Positions 39,661-52,700 of a stretch of DNA of 64,000 bases are shown one piece after another. A program made the position numbers and the translations under genes. This DNA is from Balamuthia mandrillaris (lineage: Eukaryota). How positions within the stretch are numbered: position 1 is the first letter of the stretch; the number at the start of each line of letters is the position of its first letter. The stretch covers positions 1 to 64,000 of the forward strand of contig JAVKOQ020000049.1 in NCBI GenBank assembly GCA_031835245.2, in the 5' to 3' direction. The notes below the pieces were generated by a model. It did no database searches. It worked only from the letters and a program-made list of their open reading frames with translations, and was not told the DNA's origin.

Positions 39661-42600
39661 CTACATGAACCAAGAAGCGCGCATGGCATTGGTAGCTCCC
39701 GATCCGTTGCCATCTCCACCATCACCCCCATCACCCCCGTCGCTACCGACATCATCTTCGTAGCCATCCACCCAGTCGGGGGTTTCTCCCTCCACGCAAA
39801 TACCTCCCTCGCAGGTGCCCCATGGCTCGCTGTGACAAACGCTTCCCTCCGCTCGAGGGACGGCGTCCATGCACACCTCAGTGATGGGATCGCAGTAGCT
39901 CGGCACCAAGCAGTCATGCTCAGGGGGCTCGCAGGAGACGCCTCGACAGGGCTCGCAGTTGGTGAAGCAGCAGAGGTTGGGATTGGAGAAGTCGCTCTCC
40001 TGATAGCTGCAGCCGCCGCCCGAATTGCAGAAGGAAGGACCGCCCGTGCCCGCGTTACATCCGTAAGGCCAGTTACCAGCGCAGAATCCATCACAAGCTT
40101 CCCAGGAGAGAGAGGGAGAGAGAGAGTTAGGGCAAGAAGACAGAATAAGAGAAGAGGAGGGGAGAGCAGCATGCGGGAGAGAGAGGGAAGAGAGCAGAGA
40201 GGGGGAGGAAAGGAAAAGAGAAAGTACATACTATTTTCACAATTATCTCCGTTGAATCCATTGTTACATTGACAATAATAAGCAGTCTCTCCCAAAGGCA
40301 TACAGACTCCATTTCCGCTGCAGGTCACACCCTCGCAAGGATTGGCCTCGCAGGTGGGTCCAGTGAAGGGCGGTTCGCACACGCATGCAGCCGACGCAGG
40401 AGCCAAAGTGCCTCCCAAATAGCGAGATGTACACTTGCCATGAGGACCGCATCGGGCGGATGCGCAGATGTCCCTTTGGCAGTCAGGTCCGAAGAAACCG
40501 GCCTCGCAGCGACACTCGCCTGTGCCACAGTCGCAATAGGCGTTCTCTGGGCATTCCTCGGAGCAGAGTTCAGGACAGGAGAGAAGGGAGATTTCAGGGA
40601 CTTCAGCGCAGTCGATTTCGGGCATGTCGGGATGTGCAGTGCATGCACCACGACCCACCTCGTCGAAGTGGTTGACATCATCGGCGTAGATCCAGCGACG
40701 GTCGTGTTGGGATGTTGTGATATCAGGACAAGATCTTCCTTGCACGTCCAAACGGATTTGGTCAGGCTCCCAACGGTTTCCTGTAACGTTCGTGAAACAG
40801 ATGGTTAATAAAGAAACGGGAGTAAAGACTATAAAGCGTACAGAAGCAGAAAAAGAATTACCGATGACAGGATCAGAGAACTCAATGATCCAGTTAGAAG
40901 GAATGTTGCCTCCGTTCCTATGCACCACGTACTGATAGTCCAAATCGGCCAAGACGGGGATGGTGAAGCCCTCCTTGTTGGTACCGCCAACCTTGTTAAA
41001 TCTCATGTTCTGTTCAGTGATCTTCTGTCCGTTCTTATGCACCTCCACGGTGACAGTGCCTTGACTGCCTTCAGTAAGGCCTTGCGTGTAGATGTCCAAT
41101 CGACGAAGAGGACCCTTGCAGATGATGCCTCCATCCCACTCCACTCCCAGGAGAACGCTGGAGGCAGTTACACACTTGTCATCCAGGTCCAACAGATAGT
41201 CATGAGCTCCATGAACCAGAGATTGGTAGCCAGGAGGGAACATGATGCCATCAGGATTGGCAGCATCTTCCGGGGAGAGGGCATAGATGGAACCCAAAGT
41301 AGGGTTCTCATCGGGACTCTCTCCCGCGTTCCAATCGATCCAAACGGAGGAAGTGAGTTCAAAAGTGGGACGAATGAAGATATATTGTGGATTGCACAAC
41401 ACTCCCGTTACGCCGATGTCGCAGTGATGGTTGGATTCAAACTTGAAGTTGCCCTTGAAAGTGCAGTCCTCAAAGAGGATAGTGCCGTGACCGGAGGCCA
41501 GGGCGGCAGTTCCAGCTTCGAAGAGGTAGTTCTTGAAGTGGGCAGAGCATCCATCCGCAAAGTTCTTGGTCTCCTTGTGGTAGATGGGTTGGTTGTTGTC
41601 GATGGCGATGTGATTGCGGAACTGGATGTCTCCGAGATGATAAGAGCCAACCCACGTGTTGTGATAGTCCACATTGTCGGAGAGGACAGCAGGCAAACCG
41701 CGAGAATAACCTTCATCATCAAAGGGGTCACACTGAGAGGTCCATCCATTTTCGTCCAAAGAGGTCTCCACACGGCGGGGCCAGTCGGACGAGACAAAGT
41801 AGGTGCCGAAGCGACCATGTCCATGGCAAGTGTTGCCTTCCACTCGACCCAATGGCAAGTTGATGGTGCAGACTTTTCCTGCGGAGGTACCACGACCGTC
41901 AGGATCGAAGGAAGGATGGAAGAAGATCCCGTTGAAGCTGTTGGCGGCGCGGTTGCCGAGAAAGTGGTTGGTGTGAGACAAACTCCAATAGGCAGCATGG
42001 TTAAGGTCAGTATCTGCCTCCGCATTGTCCGTTCCAGGAATGGTACATCCGTTCTTGTCGCCCGTGAAGCTGTGAGGGCACAACACAGCATTGTACTCAA
42101 CGTGGTTATGAAGCTCATTGCCGTCTTCAATGTAGATGCCAGCTCCCCTCACGTCATACAAAGTGTTTTCGATGACTTGGGCCAAGTGAGTGCCGTGTAC
42201 CACGATACCTCGCTGATGGGAGAACTCGACAGCATTGCCTCGTGCCAAGCAGTCAGGACAGTCTCTCATCAAATGAAAGTGAATGCAGTAACGAGCGGTC
42301 GCTCCACGATGGCCGCACTTCTCCACGCGTGCGTACTGTACTCGGTAGGTTCCTCCCTGACGCTCTCCATTGCCATGAAGCATGGTGTGGGATCCCACCG
42401 TGCAGACTCGGCCGTTGTTGCCTTGACAAGGGCAGACGTCCTGGTCATCCACACAGTTGACGTGCTCAAAGTCATCTCCAGTGATGATCACGTTGCGAGA
42501 CATCATCAACACCTCAGCTTGCATGTATCTTTCCGGTCGTCCCAGGTACTCTTGGTCGGTGTAGCCTGTGGTGGACAAAGAGTCGTCCGCCGCCAACGTG

Positions 42601-43539
42601 ATCCTGTTCTTGTTGATATCCTTGATGAAGAAGGCTTGGGCATTTCCTTGGGACTGTCTCTTGGTGGGAGCGATGGCGATGCGATCGCCGACCCTCCAGC
42701 CCATGTCCTCCACATCATGCATCAGGTGGAGCGTGTCTGTGCCTTCGTTGGCCGTGTGGCTCAACAGGGACCAAGTGCGACGCAAAGGACGGCCAGTGAC
42801 CTCTACTATGGGGTAACCAACCTCCTGTGCTGGGTCCGAGACAACGCGGCTGCCGCCAAAGGCGCGGACGCTGAGGTGGGGGTGCTTCGCTCCGTTGTTC
42901 TTGAGGTAGATGTAGGCGTGCTTGTCCTCCGAGGTGACCGTCAGGTTGAACACGCCATTTAGCTCAGTGACCACGAAACCGCTGCACAGCCACTGCTCTT
43001 CCGCCGTTTGGCTCTCGTCTGTCCATTCAATAGTTCCCTTTAAAGGAGTGAACAAGGAAAAAGATTAATAAGCCGAGAGCTACGGGACATACGGGAAGAG
43101 AAGATAGATAAGAGAGAAAAACGGAGAAGAAGGAAAAAGGGAGAGGGAAGAGAGAGCAAAGAGAGCGAACCTTATTGATAATAGCGGCGACGTTGACGTT
43201 ACCGTCCAGAGTAACGGTAACGCCTTCCTCCACCACGCACGTACTAGAACTGCCGCAGGCGCCTTGGAATTCAGCCGCGTTCATGTCCTCGTCAATGGAG
43301 ACTTGAGCAGGAGAGCCCGGTCCTTTGACGGAGCCCTGGCAAGCAGCCATGCCCGCCGGAAGGGGTACTCCGTAGGAGTCCTCCGTCAACAGCTCAAAGT
43401 CATCCAGGTAATCCGATTGATCGCCGACGGCGTATTGAGCGCCAACGAAGAAAGACGCGTGAGGAAGGAGGAGAAACGCCGTCACCAGAACGCTCAACAG
43501 CGAGAACCGTGGAAAACAAGAGTTCCGCGGGTTATTCAT
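39661..43539 (-). CDS. Secreted G8-domain / beta-helix / EGF protein, paralog B
   Basis: Collinear with 10009-13969, with long identical peptide blocks (e.g. RNHIAIDNNQPIYHKETKNFADGCSAHF) and a signal peptide. Confidence 0.85.
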
Positions 43540-44489
43540 CTATCGTTTCTTTATTCGCCCCTTTTTGTTTCTTGTATAACTATCGTAGTTGTTGTAAACC
43601 AAAAGTGTTGACTGTATTATGCAGGTCCTGAAAAATAAAAAAATTAAGCGGTTAAACGACAAATAAAAACCTAACAACACGTATGGCCACCTGAACAACC
43701 ACCAATAATAACGTAATGCTCCGATTGGTCCTTTCTGTGATTGCACTATCTTACGATTGGTTGTTTGCATGAATTACATAATTAATCAACGGATTAGCCG
43801 AAACAAACGACAAAGAATGGGTTGACAAAAAAGAAAAAAACAACGTGTGCGCCCTGATATTAATAATGATATAAAAACTGGTGAATTTTTAATTAGGCAA
43901 AACAATACGAACAAATGACGAAACGTATGCTTCAGAGGCCAAATAAAGATATTCCTTAAACCAGCTGTTCAAAAGTTGTGCGTCAGGTGCTTTGGGCATG
44001 GTGTCCGTTTCGCTTGCTTGTGCAGTGCACCAGTGGTAACAAGGAGAAGTTGGCCGATGGTCGGATTCGCTGTGTGCGTTTATGGAAACGAAGCAAGACA
44101 GAAGAAAAAGAAAAAGCACAACCACTGAGGATGTTGGAAAACTCCAACATAATAGTTCTTCTTCTCTTTGTGTCGACCTCTCTTTCCTGCCTGTCGGCCT
44201 GAGGAACCTCTCCGTGTCCACTTTCTCCTTTTTTGTTGTTTCTTTCTCTCTGCCCTTTTATGCTGATATATTCTGCTCTTCTTTTTTGGATATTTCCTCT
44301 AGCTTAAATACTGCCTCTTCTTGCTTCTTCTTCTTTTTCCTCTTGGTACAATGTGCAACTAACTTGCTGAAAGACGTGGGTTACGACGCAAGACTGTTCT
44401 CAGACTGGCTACCAAAATAAAATTTGTACATGTTTTAAACAATGATTAATGAAACTAATAGAATAGAAATTGTGGGGTTCTTATAGCTG

Positions 44490-47012
44490 TTAGCCTCTTG
44501 CACTCATGGGTGTGAGCTGCACCTCCATCTGACGACCCAGCATGCTTCTGCGCCTTTTGATGAAGAAGAAAGCAGCAACTCCGACTGCCAACAACACCAC
44601 CACTGCTCCCACCGAGCTGACAGTGGCGCCGATGATGACTGCCGTCTTGTCGCCTGATGAATCCGCCTCTTCCTTTGATGTGTCATCTTCACCTGTGGTT
44701 TCATCCGCAGCATCCCCGTCGTCCACTCCGTCAGCTTGTCCATCTGTTTCATCTGTGACTCCATCCCCGCCATCCACAGCACCATCAGTACCGTCCCCGC
44801 CATCCACATCATCGGCGGCTTCATCCCCATCACCCCCGCTGTCTTTGGTGACCTTGGCTGTGACCTCTGCAGATTCCACCATGCCTCCTTCGTAATACAC
44901 CACCGCTTTGTAGTCGTGTTCTCCTCTCTCTGGTCTGTCCTTGAAGGTGTAAGGGCGAACCTTGACTGTGGCCAATGCTTCCCCATTCTTATGAAACTCC
45001 ACTCTTAAAATAGTGTGATAGTTGTCCTTCACCGTCGCTGTCACGGTGAGCAAGGCATCCACCACATACTCCTTGTTGGCAATAGGAGAATAGAGGGCAA
45101 CGGTTGGAGGGGTTTTCTTGGGAAGAGCTTCCACGGAGGAGATGCCAGTTTCGGTGGAGATGAAGGCCAGGTCAGCCAGGGGCAAGGCCACTGGGGTGGG
45201 AGCTGCACGAGAGGTCACCGGAGAGGGAAGCACCCAACCCACAGCAAGGTGATCGCCCCCTGCGCTTTCCGTCTGTCTGGCTTCAATGTAGTAGATTTGC
45301 CCTTCGTTCAGAGTGGCGTATCCAGGCTGTCACAAACACAGATTCACTCTGGTCAAAAATGACGACTTAACGAGTACGTGGATGAACAACAAACAGAAAG
45401 ACAACAAGAAGAAACTCAAAAAAAAAAAGGAGTGCTCACCTTGTCCATGCGCCATGTTTCTTGATTGGTCCAGCTGGGAAGGGAAGTGATCTGAACTTTG
45501 TTGGCTGGGTTGGAGTCGGTGGACAGGTACAACCACACCTTATCGTCACCAGCGAGGTAAAAGACATACTCCCCAGACACTGGGGCCTTTATGTATCCTG
45601 TTACCACTCGGGTGTAATCATCTCCAGCCCATGGTGCTGTGGAGAAGGTCTCCAGGTACCCTGTGTACGTGGGTGGTCCTGCCCGTTGCTCCCATTAATA
45701 AATTGGTACAAAGAATGTGAAGAAGACAGAAAAATAAAGAACCTAACCGACAGTAAACGAAAAAAGAATAATAAAGAAAAGAGAACTTACCAGTAGGAAT
45801 GGCATCAGGTGTCTGTCCCTTCCATCTTCTCTCCAACAAGCCCTTCTTGGCTTGCCCATCCGGCATGCACACTACCGTCACTTCTCCATATCCCACCATG
45901 CCTGCCTGTGATGTCAACTTTATCATCAACTGCTTCACCCAAGGGGCTTGCCTTGTGCTCACTTTCTTCAACTTCAATTCTCCTGTCGTCTTCACCTCAA
46001 AGTTTGAGCCAGTGTCGCCGTAAACAACGACAGCACTTGCCAGAGGAGATGTGGACTGGAATCGGATAATTCCAAGGAGGTCACCCACTTTGGCGGTGGC
46101 TGGGAAGGTGATGATGGTTGTGTGAACCACGGGAGCACTCTCCATCACTGCCAGGATGTTGACTGTGAACTGCACCTCCTTGGAGGAACGAGTGTTAGAG
46201 AAGGGAATGCCATCCCCTTCCACCTTCACTGTCAGACTCAAGGAACTGGGCGCTTGAGGAGGAACCTTCAGAAGGGTCAGCTCCCCGCTGAACTCGTCCA
46301 GCTGGAAGAGCTTGCCCGTGTCCCCAGAGACAATGCTGAAATGGTGAATCTCTCCGGGGTCTGCATCCGTGGCCTTGAAGGTGTAGAGCACGGAGAAGAG
46401 CTTATCTTGCGGCACCTCCAAGGTGCTCGGGTTGGACAGGCTTTGGATGTCGGTGTTGCCGTTCCAGACGGCATAGTTCTTGGCCTTGATGGCCTGGATG
46501 ACGGCAGGGGAGATGGCGTAGCCCTCCTTTCCCAGCCCGTACCGCAGGAAGTACTCCTGCAGGTCCCTCTCTGCTGCATCGCAGAAGAGCAGAAAAAAGC
46601 GGTTCCTCTTGTAGTTGGCGTCCTTCTGGTCCAAGGCGTCCAGACCAGCATCCGCCACTTTGTCCTGCATCCACGCCATCAAGCGGCTCAACGCCGTGCG
46701 ATAGAGTTCCCAGCCAAAGGCCTCTGCCAGGTTGAAGTAAAAGTCATAGGCATAGGCCGAGCCGCAAGCCTCTGCCCAAGTGCTGCTGGCTGTGACCTTG
46801 CTCCTAGCCTTGATGCGGGCGTCCGCGTCCCAGGTGCCGTGGACGTTGTTGTCCCATGGGGAGCGTCGGTGGAGGAGCTGGTATAGAAGTCCTGGCACCA
46901 GGTTCACATCCACCTCGCCATGAGTGGCAATGCCGTAATTCCCATCGAAGTTGTCCTTTGTTGTTCAGAAGTTCATTCAAGACAGGGTTAAGTTATGCAT
47001 ACGAGACGAAGA

Positions 47013-47107
<95 letters not shown>

Positions 47108-49261
47108 TCATAAGACAACAACAACAACATTAGACGACAACAACAACAACAACCAACATAGACAATTCATAAGTAAAACCTGAAAGGTATGGCCAAGCTC
47201 GTGATAGTATCCCCAATCACCAGCCGTGCGAACTTCCTTCACTGTCTGTGAACCATCCCCATACATCATCATCACCGGGAAGCCTGCATGACCATAGCCG
47301 GCCACGATGTTCCAATCCCCCATGGCTGCCTCTCCTCGTTTTCGGTACTTATCATAGCCCATGTAATGATCTGCCATGTCCATCACCGTTTGCCAAAACT
47401 CTGCCACCTTTTCCCACAACAATACAAGACCACCATTCAGCTTGCCACAACCAACAAACAAGGAAAGAAAAATAACCTACCTTGTGGGGTTCCTGGAGGG
47501 CTTGCAACGCTGCTCTGGGAGCGTAGGCGATAAAAGTGGGAGTGTCTCCATACTTGCTCACCTTGCCTGTGGCAACGAATCCCCAGCTTCCTGGGTTGTC
47601 CTTGGTTTTGCTGTTGAACTGCTCTTCCGTCTCCACCCCAACTCTGTACACCGGAGCCTCCAACACCTTCTTCAACGTCACCGGCACCGTCCCGATGCTC
47701 TTCCCTGGAGGAGCCCAGAACCGAATCAGTCCCCCAAACACGTTCCCAATGATGGTGGTCCTACTCGCCAACGCAAAGTGACGTTCGAGCAAGGGAAAAC
47801 GGTTCCATTCGTCCCTGCCCCAAACAGCATCCTCGTGGTGTCCGATCTGCACCACCAAGCCCTTGTTGGCGAACTCGGAAGGAATGACGATCTCCACCTT
47901 CTCTCCGGGAAAGGCGTAGTATCCACTCTCGAACAGCCTTCCTCGATCTCCCCAGTTCATGAACTGGTCTGTTGGCACGTCGTTGGCGTTGAGCACTATG
48001 GAGCGCTCCACCCGAGGTGCGGAGGCTGGAGGCAGGCCCGGCCAGTGAGCAGCACACGGATGCACTCCATCAGGGAACAGCTGGCTGAAGGTGGTTGGCT
48101 CCTTGTCGAAGAGTGAGCTTTGGTACCTGGCCACAACCGCCTCCACCACATGGATGTCCGGTTTGATGGGATTGCTCTTGGTGGGACAGATCCAGCCCTT
48201 TTGCTGAGAGAGTGTCTGCAGACCGGTTTGAAGGGAAGCCAGGGTTGGGGAGACCGCCAACACTTGAGATACGGCCTGAGAGGCAACCTTCAGCTCTGCT
48301 CCAGAAAGCGGGTTGCTCTCTTGGCTTGTCATTCTGTCCAGGGCGTTCAAAGCAGAATGGAAAATGGGAAAGGCCGTGTTGGCAACCGTCAGCGATTGCT
48401 CTGCTCCTGCCTCGCTGAAGAAAAGGCCAAAGTGGGCAAGGACCTGGTTGGCGGCGGCTCGTTTGTCATTGGCCAAAGCCCATGGAGTGGAGGCACCAAC
48501 GAGACTGCCTCCTCCTTCGATGAAGTCCAACAAGGCTTGTTGGGTTGCGCTGACATCACCGGAGTGGAAGTTCAGCACTACCACGTCCACCCCTGTGGTC
48601 ACAACAAAGAACAATTGCTAAGCATAGAAGGGGAAACAGAAAAGAAACCACAAGACAGCGATAACAAACCAGAGAGCTGAGCAGCAGTGACAGAACTGAT
48701 GGACTTGGTTTTGAAGTTTCGCTTGGTGTAAAAAGAACAACTCGCCGTGCCCCCACCGCACCCCACCGTGATGTCTTCTGGCTTCTCCGCTCTTCCCGCC
48801 CACAATACCGCGTTGGCCAAAAGCGAGGCCCTCCAGGTGTTGGCCTCGTTGTCCGTAAAGTCTACAAAGCTCGTGTGGGCAAAGGCCACGGCTCTGGCGG
48901 CGTTGGCACTTTGTTGGTCCTTGTAGCGACCGGCGGCTTCGTAGGCATACCGCCCAACTGCCGCCTTGGGCGCAGCCAACAAGACGGGGAAAGAAGACCT
49001 CCCGCTCATTGCCACCGAACCTTTTAATCGTTTTTTGCTTAGCGCTTGAAGCGGGATACAACCACAACCGAAATATAAAGAACAAGCACAAGAAAGAGGC
49101 ACGCAAAACAAACCTGCCCATGCGGGTGCAATAGAAAAAGTCTGGCCTCGAACGCTTTCGGTAAGGGCAAGATAATCGGAGTTGATGGTCACTTGTCCGC
49201 TGCAGGCGGAAAGGAGGTTTAACACCGCAAAGAAGCACAAGAACGGCATAAGCTTGAGCAT
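44490..49261 (-). CDS. Type I membrane M60-like (enhancin/TCAF-like) metallopeptidase with cadherin-like, PA14 and Ig-like domains
   Basis: Signal peptide, SGYYAFPGE, NVFGGLI, WGYYHELGHTFQ...GEVDVNL, cadherin-like ATDADPGE...FSIVSGD, PA14 GYIKAPVSGEYVFYLAGDD and a C-terminal TM followed by KRRR. Confidence 0.85.
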
Positions 49262-49707
49262 CCTCTCCCCAGCAATAAAGGGCTCTACTGAAGGCACCTC
49301 CTTGCCTGTATCCAATATTGTTTGAGGTTTAACAAGAGTGTTTCGTTTGTCTGCTGCCTTGCGGCTCCTCTGCTTTCGAATGGGAAACCACAAAACCACC
49401 GAACGGCTGTGTTTCCAAAAATGGGAAAAGAAGATGTCTTTTCGTCGGCTTGTGCCTGCAACGAACTAAAGGGGTCAGAATACACATAAGAGCAAGACTA
49501 AAGAGAGTAAAGGAGAGGAAGAGGAAGAGGGAGAGAAAGAGGAAGAAGAGCAAGAGCAAGAGCAAGAGCAAGAGCAAGAGCAAGAGCAAGAGCAAGAGCA
49601 AGAGCAAGAGCAAGAGCAAGAGCAAGAGAGCGACTAACCAGAATATAAATAAAAAAAAGAGTATTGTTACATATAGTAAAACACTGGTACTCCTGCTCCT
49701 GTTTTGT

Positions 49708-52700
49708 CTAGAGTCCCTCTTCGTCTCTTTCTCCGAGCCTGGACGGAAATGGCTGCAGCTGAAGCATTAACAGCGAATTCACCTGTCTTCTTCGCCGTAT
49801 GAACAAGAAAGCAACAACACCAGCCACTGCTAATAATAGGGCTCCCCCACCGCCTGCCGAGGAGGCGACGACTGCAATGAGGTTACCGCCAGAGCTGGAC
49901 TTCTTTTCTTCTTCTTGTTCTTCTTCTCCTTCTTCTAAACCACTAGTTGAGCCTTGGCCGCTTCCGTCTCCTTCCCCATCATCGCCGCCACCATTAATAC
50001 CATCGCCATCACCGTCGCCGTCGCCGTCGCCGTCCACAACTCCGTCATGTATATCGCCATCCCCGACAGCATTGCTGTCTCCATCGCCATCCCCTTCAGG
50101 AGTACCGTCACCACCCACAACATCGACATCCCCATCACCATCACCGTCACCATCACCACCACCATCACCATCCACAGCACCATCACCATCACCATCACCA
50201 TCACCATCACCATCACCATCACCATCCACAGCACCATCACCATCACCATCCACAGCGCCGTCACCATCACCATCCACAGCACCGTCACCATCACCATCCA
50301 CAGCACCGTCACCATCACCATCCACAGCACCGTCACCGTCACCGTCACCGTCACCGTCACCGTCACCGTCACCGTCACCGTCACCGTCACCGTCACCGTC
50401 ACCGTCACCGTCACCGTCACCGTCACCGTCACCGTCACCGTCACCGTCACCGTCACCGTCACCGTCACCATCCACAGCACCGTCACTATCGCCGTCCACC
50501 ACACCCCCTCCATCAACATCTCCATCACTTCCACCGTCATTAGGGATGGGCGGGTGCACGGTTATGGTGACTTCATTCGATTCTAAGAGTCCGCCTTCAT
50601 GGTATGCTATAGCTCGGAAAATGTGCTCTCCAGCGGCAAGTTCTAGCTCTATGATATAAGGCCGAGTCTTTACAGTGCCTACAGGCAACTCGTTGTGGAG
50701 GAACTCCACCCTCAAAATGGTGTTATGGTTATCCTGCAGGTCCGCCGTCACTTTCACAGTCTCATCTTCAAAATATTCGGTTCCAGGAGAGGGAGAAGAG
50801 AGCGCGATGGCTGGCGGCTTGTTCGTGGGAGGCAGCTCAAATGTGGAAAAGCCTTTGTCGTCAGAGGGGAGGCCGTTGTTCTCCAGATTCGTGATGACCG
50901 AATTGAGAGTCGGTATTGGATTGTCCGCAGCACTGGGGAGATCCCAAGCCACCGACAGATGGTCACCTCCACCAAATTCCAGTTGAATGGCTTCAATGTA
51001 GAACCACTGTCCTGCCACCAAAGATACGATACTTCTTGCTCCCTGTAGCCAAACAAAAAATTTTAAATATACAAAGCCAAGAAGAACAAAAAAAAAACAA
51101 GAAGCAAGAAGATAAGGAAAATTAAGAGAGAGAAAAAGGGTGGAAGCGAAAATAAAGAATAAAACATAACAGCAACTCACTTGGGTGATGAAAACGGATG
51201 GTGCAGTCCAAGTCTGAATGTGGCCTATTAATACCTTATGCTCTGGCCTCGTGTCAGTGGAAAGATAAAGCCACATCATATCATCGGCAGTAAACCAGAA
51301 CGTGTATTGGCCTGTCTCCGGAGCTCTGATGTATCCGGTCACCATTCGAGTATAGTCTTCAGCAACATTCTGCGGCAATTGGAACCGATTGATGTAGCCT
51401 TTGAAGTTCGGGGAACCTGGTGATTGAAAGTGAGCAACAAGCCACAAAATGGAAATAGCAAAGGAGAGAAATTGTGTGTTAGAAGCAAGCAGCGGACAGG
51501 ACCTCGTGGAACATACCTGTAGTAACCACATAAGGATTCTGAGCATTGCGTCCTGCCCACCGTCTTTCCAACAAGCCGGCGAAAGTGGTGGTTCCCTCCG
51601 GCCAGCACCACACCTCCACATTGCCATACCCCACCGCACCCTTCAAGTTGGTGGCTTTCACCACCAGCTGCCGCCGCCAAGGGGCTCGTGGTACGGTTGA
51701 GTCCGCTCTCCTCAACAGGTCTCCATTCGGCTGAAGATCAAAGAGTTGGTCGTTATTGCCCACCACGACCTCCAAGGAAATGATCGTGGAGGCTGATACC
51801 ACCGCGATGGAACCGACCGGAACACCGACGGCAACGTTGCTAAAGATGCGAAGTTGTTCCGTTATGATTACGGGAGCGCTGTCACTGACCATCTGCACTT
51901 GGACCAAGATCTCTCGGTCAATGCTGGGGCGAGTGTTGGTGAAGGGAACACCATCTCCCATCGCTCTGATAATCACAGAGCGTTCTACGGACAGTTGCTT
52001 GGTTCTCAAGATGAGAGTCAGTTCCCCGGTCAACTCGTCAATAGCAAATAACAACGGGTCCTCTGCGTTTTTGGAGACAACAGAATAATGATAGATTTCT
52101 CCTTGATCTGGGTCATCCACCACCGCGAACGTGTCCACAACGGAGAAGAGCGCATCTTCCGCAACGAGGAATGGGCCACCAGGTTCAAGAGAGCTACTGG
52201 GAGAGTTGCCATTCCACTCGGGATAATTCTGTGCAGCGATTTGGCTAATTACCACTTGAGAGATGAGCTCATTGTTCTTACCAATCCCGTAACGCAGGAA
52301 GTAGGCCTTGAGGTCTCGTTCTGCGGCATCACAAAACAGAATGTAGAGCCGGTTTCTCTTGTAGTTGGCGTTATTGGGGTTCAAATCAGCCAAAGCGGGA
52401 TCGGAGGCATCGCCTTGCAACCAACGCATTAAGCGACCAAAGGCCTTGTGATAGAAGTCCCATCCAAAGGCTTCTGCCAGGTTGAAGTAAAAGTCATTCG
52501 CCAAGGCGGTGTTGGCTATGGTGGCCCATGCTGGATTGTTGTAAGTGATTCTGGCGGCGATACGGTGTTCAGCATCCCAGTAGGAGGAAAGGTTGTTCTG
52601 CCAAGGTGATCGGTGGTGGATCAACTGTAGAATAAGGCCAACGACGAGGTGGATACCGTGAGAAGTGTCCGGCGGAATCTCCCACTCTTTATTCCAGGTA

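Noticed and set aside
40920..42962. Long antisense ORFs opposite G8 and M60 genes
   Set aside because: Shadow ORFs caused by codon bias of the real gene on the other strand.
43889..44420. Short ORFs between the G8 paralog B and the M60 gene
   Set aside because: No recognisable domain or consistent exon chain. They may be a gene remnant but this cannot be supported.
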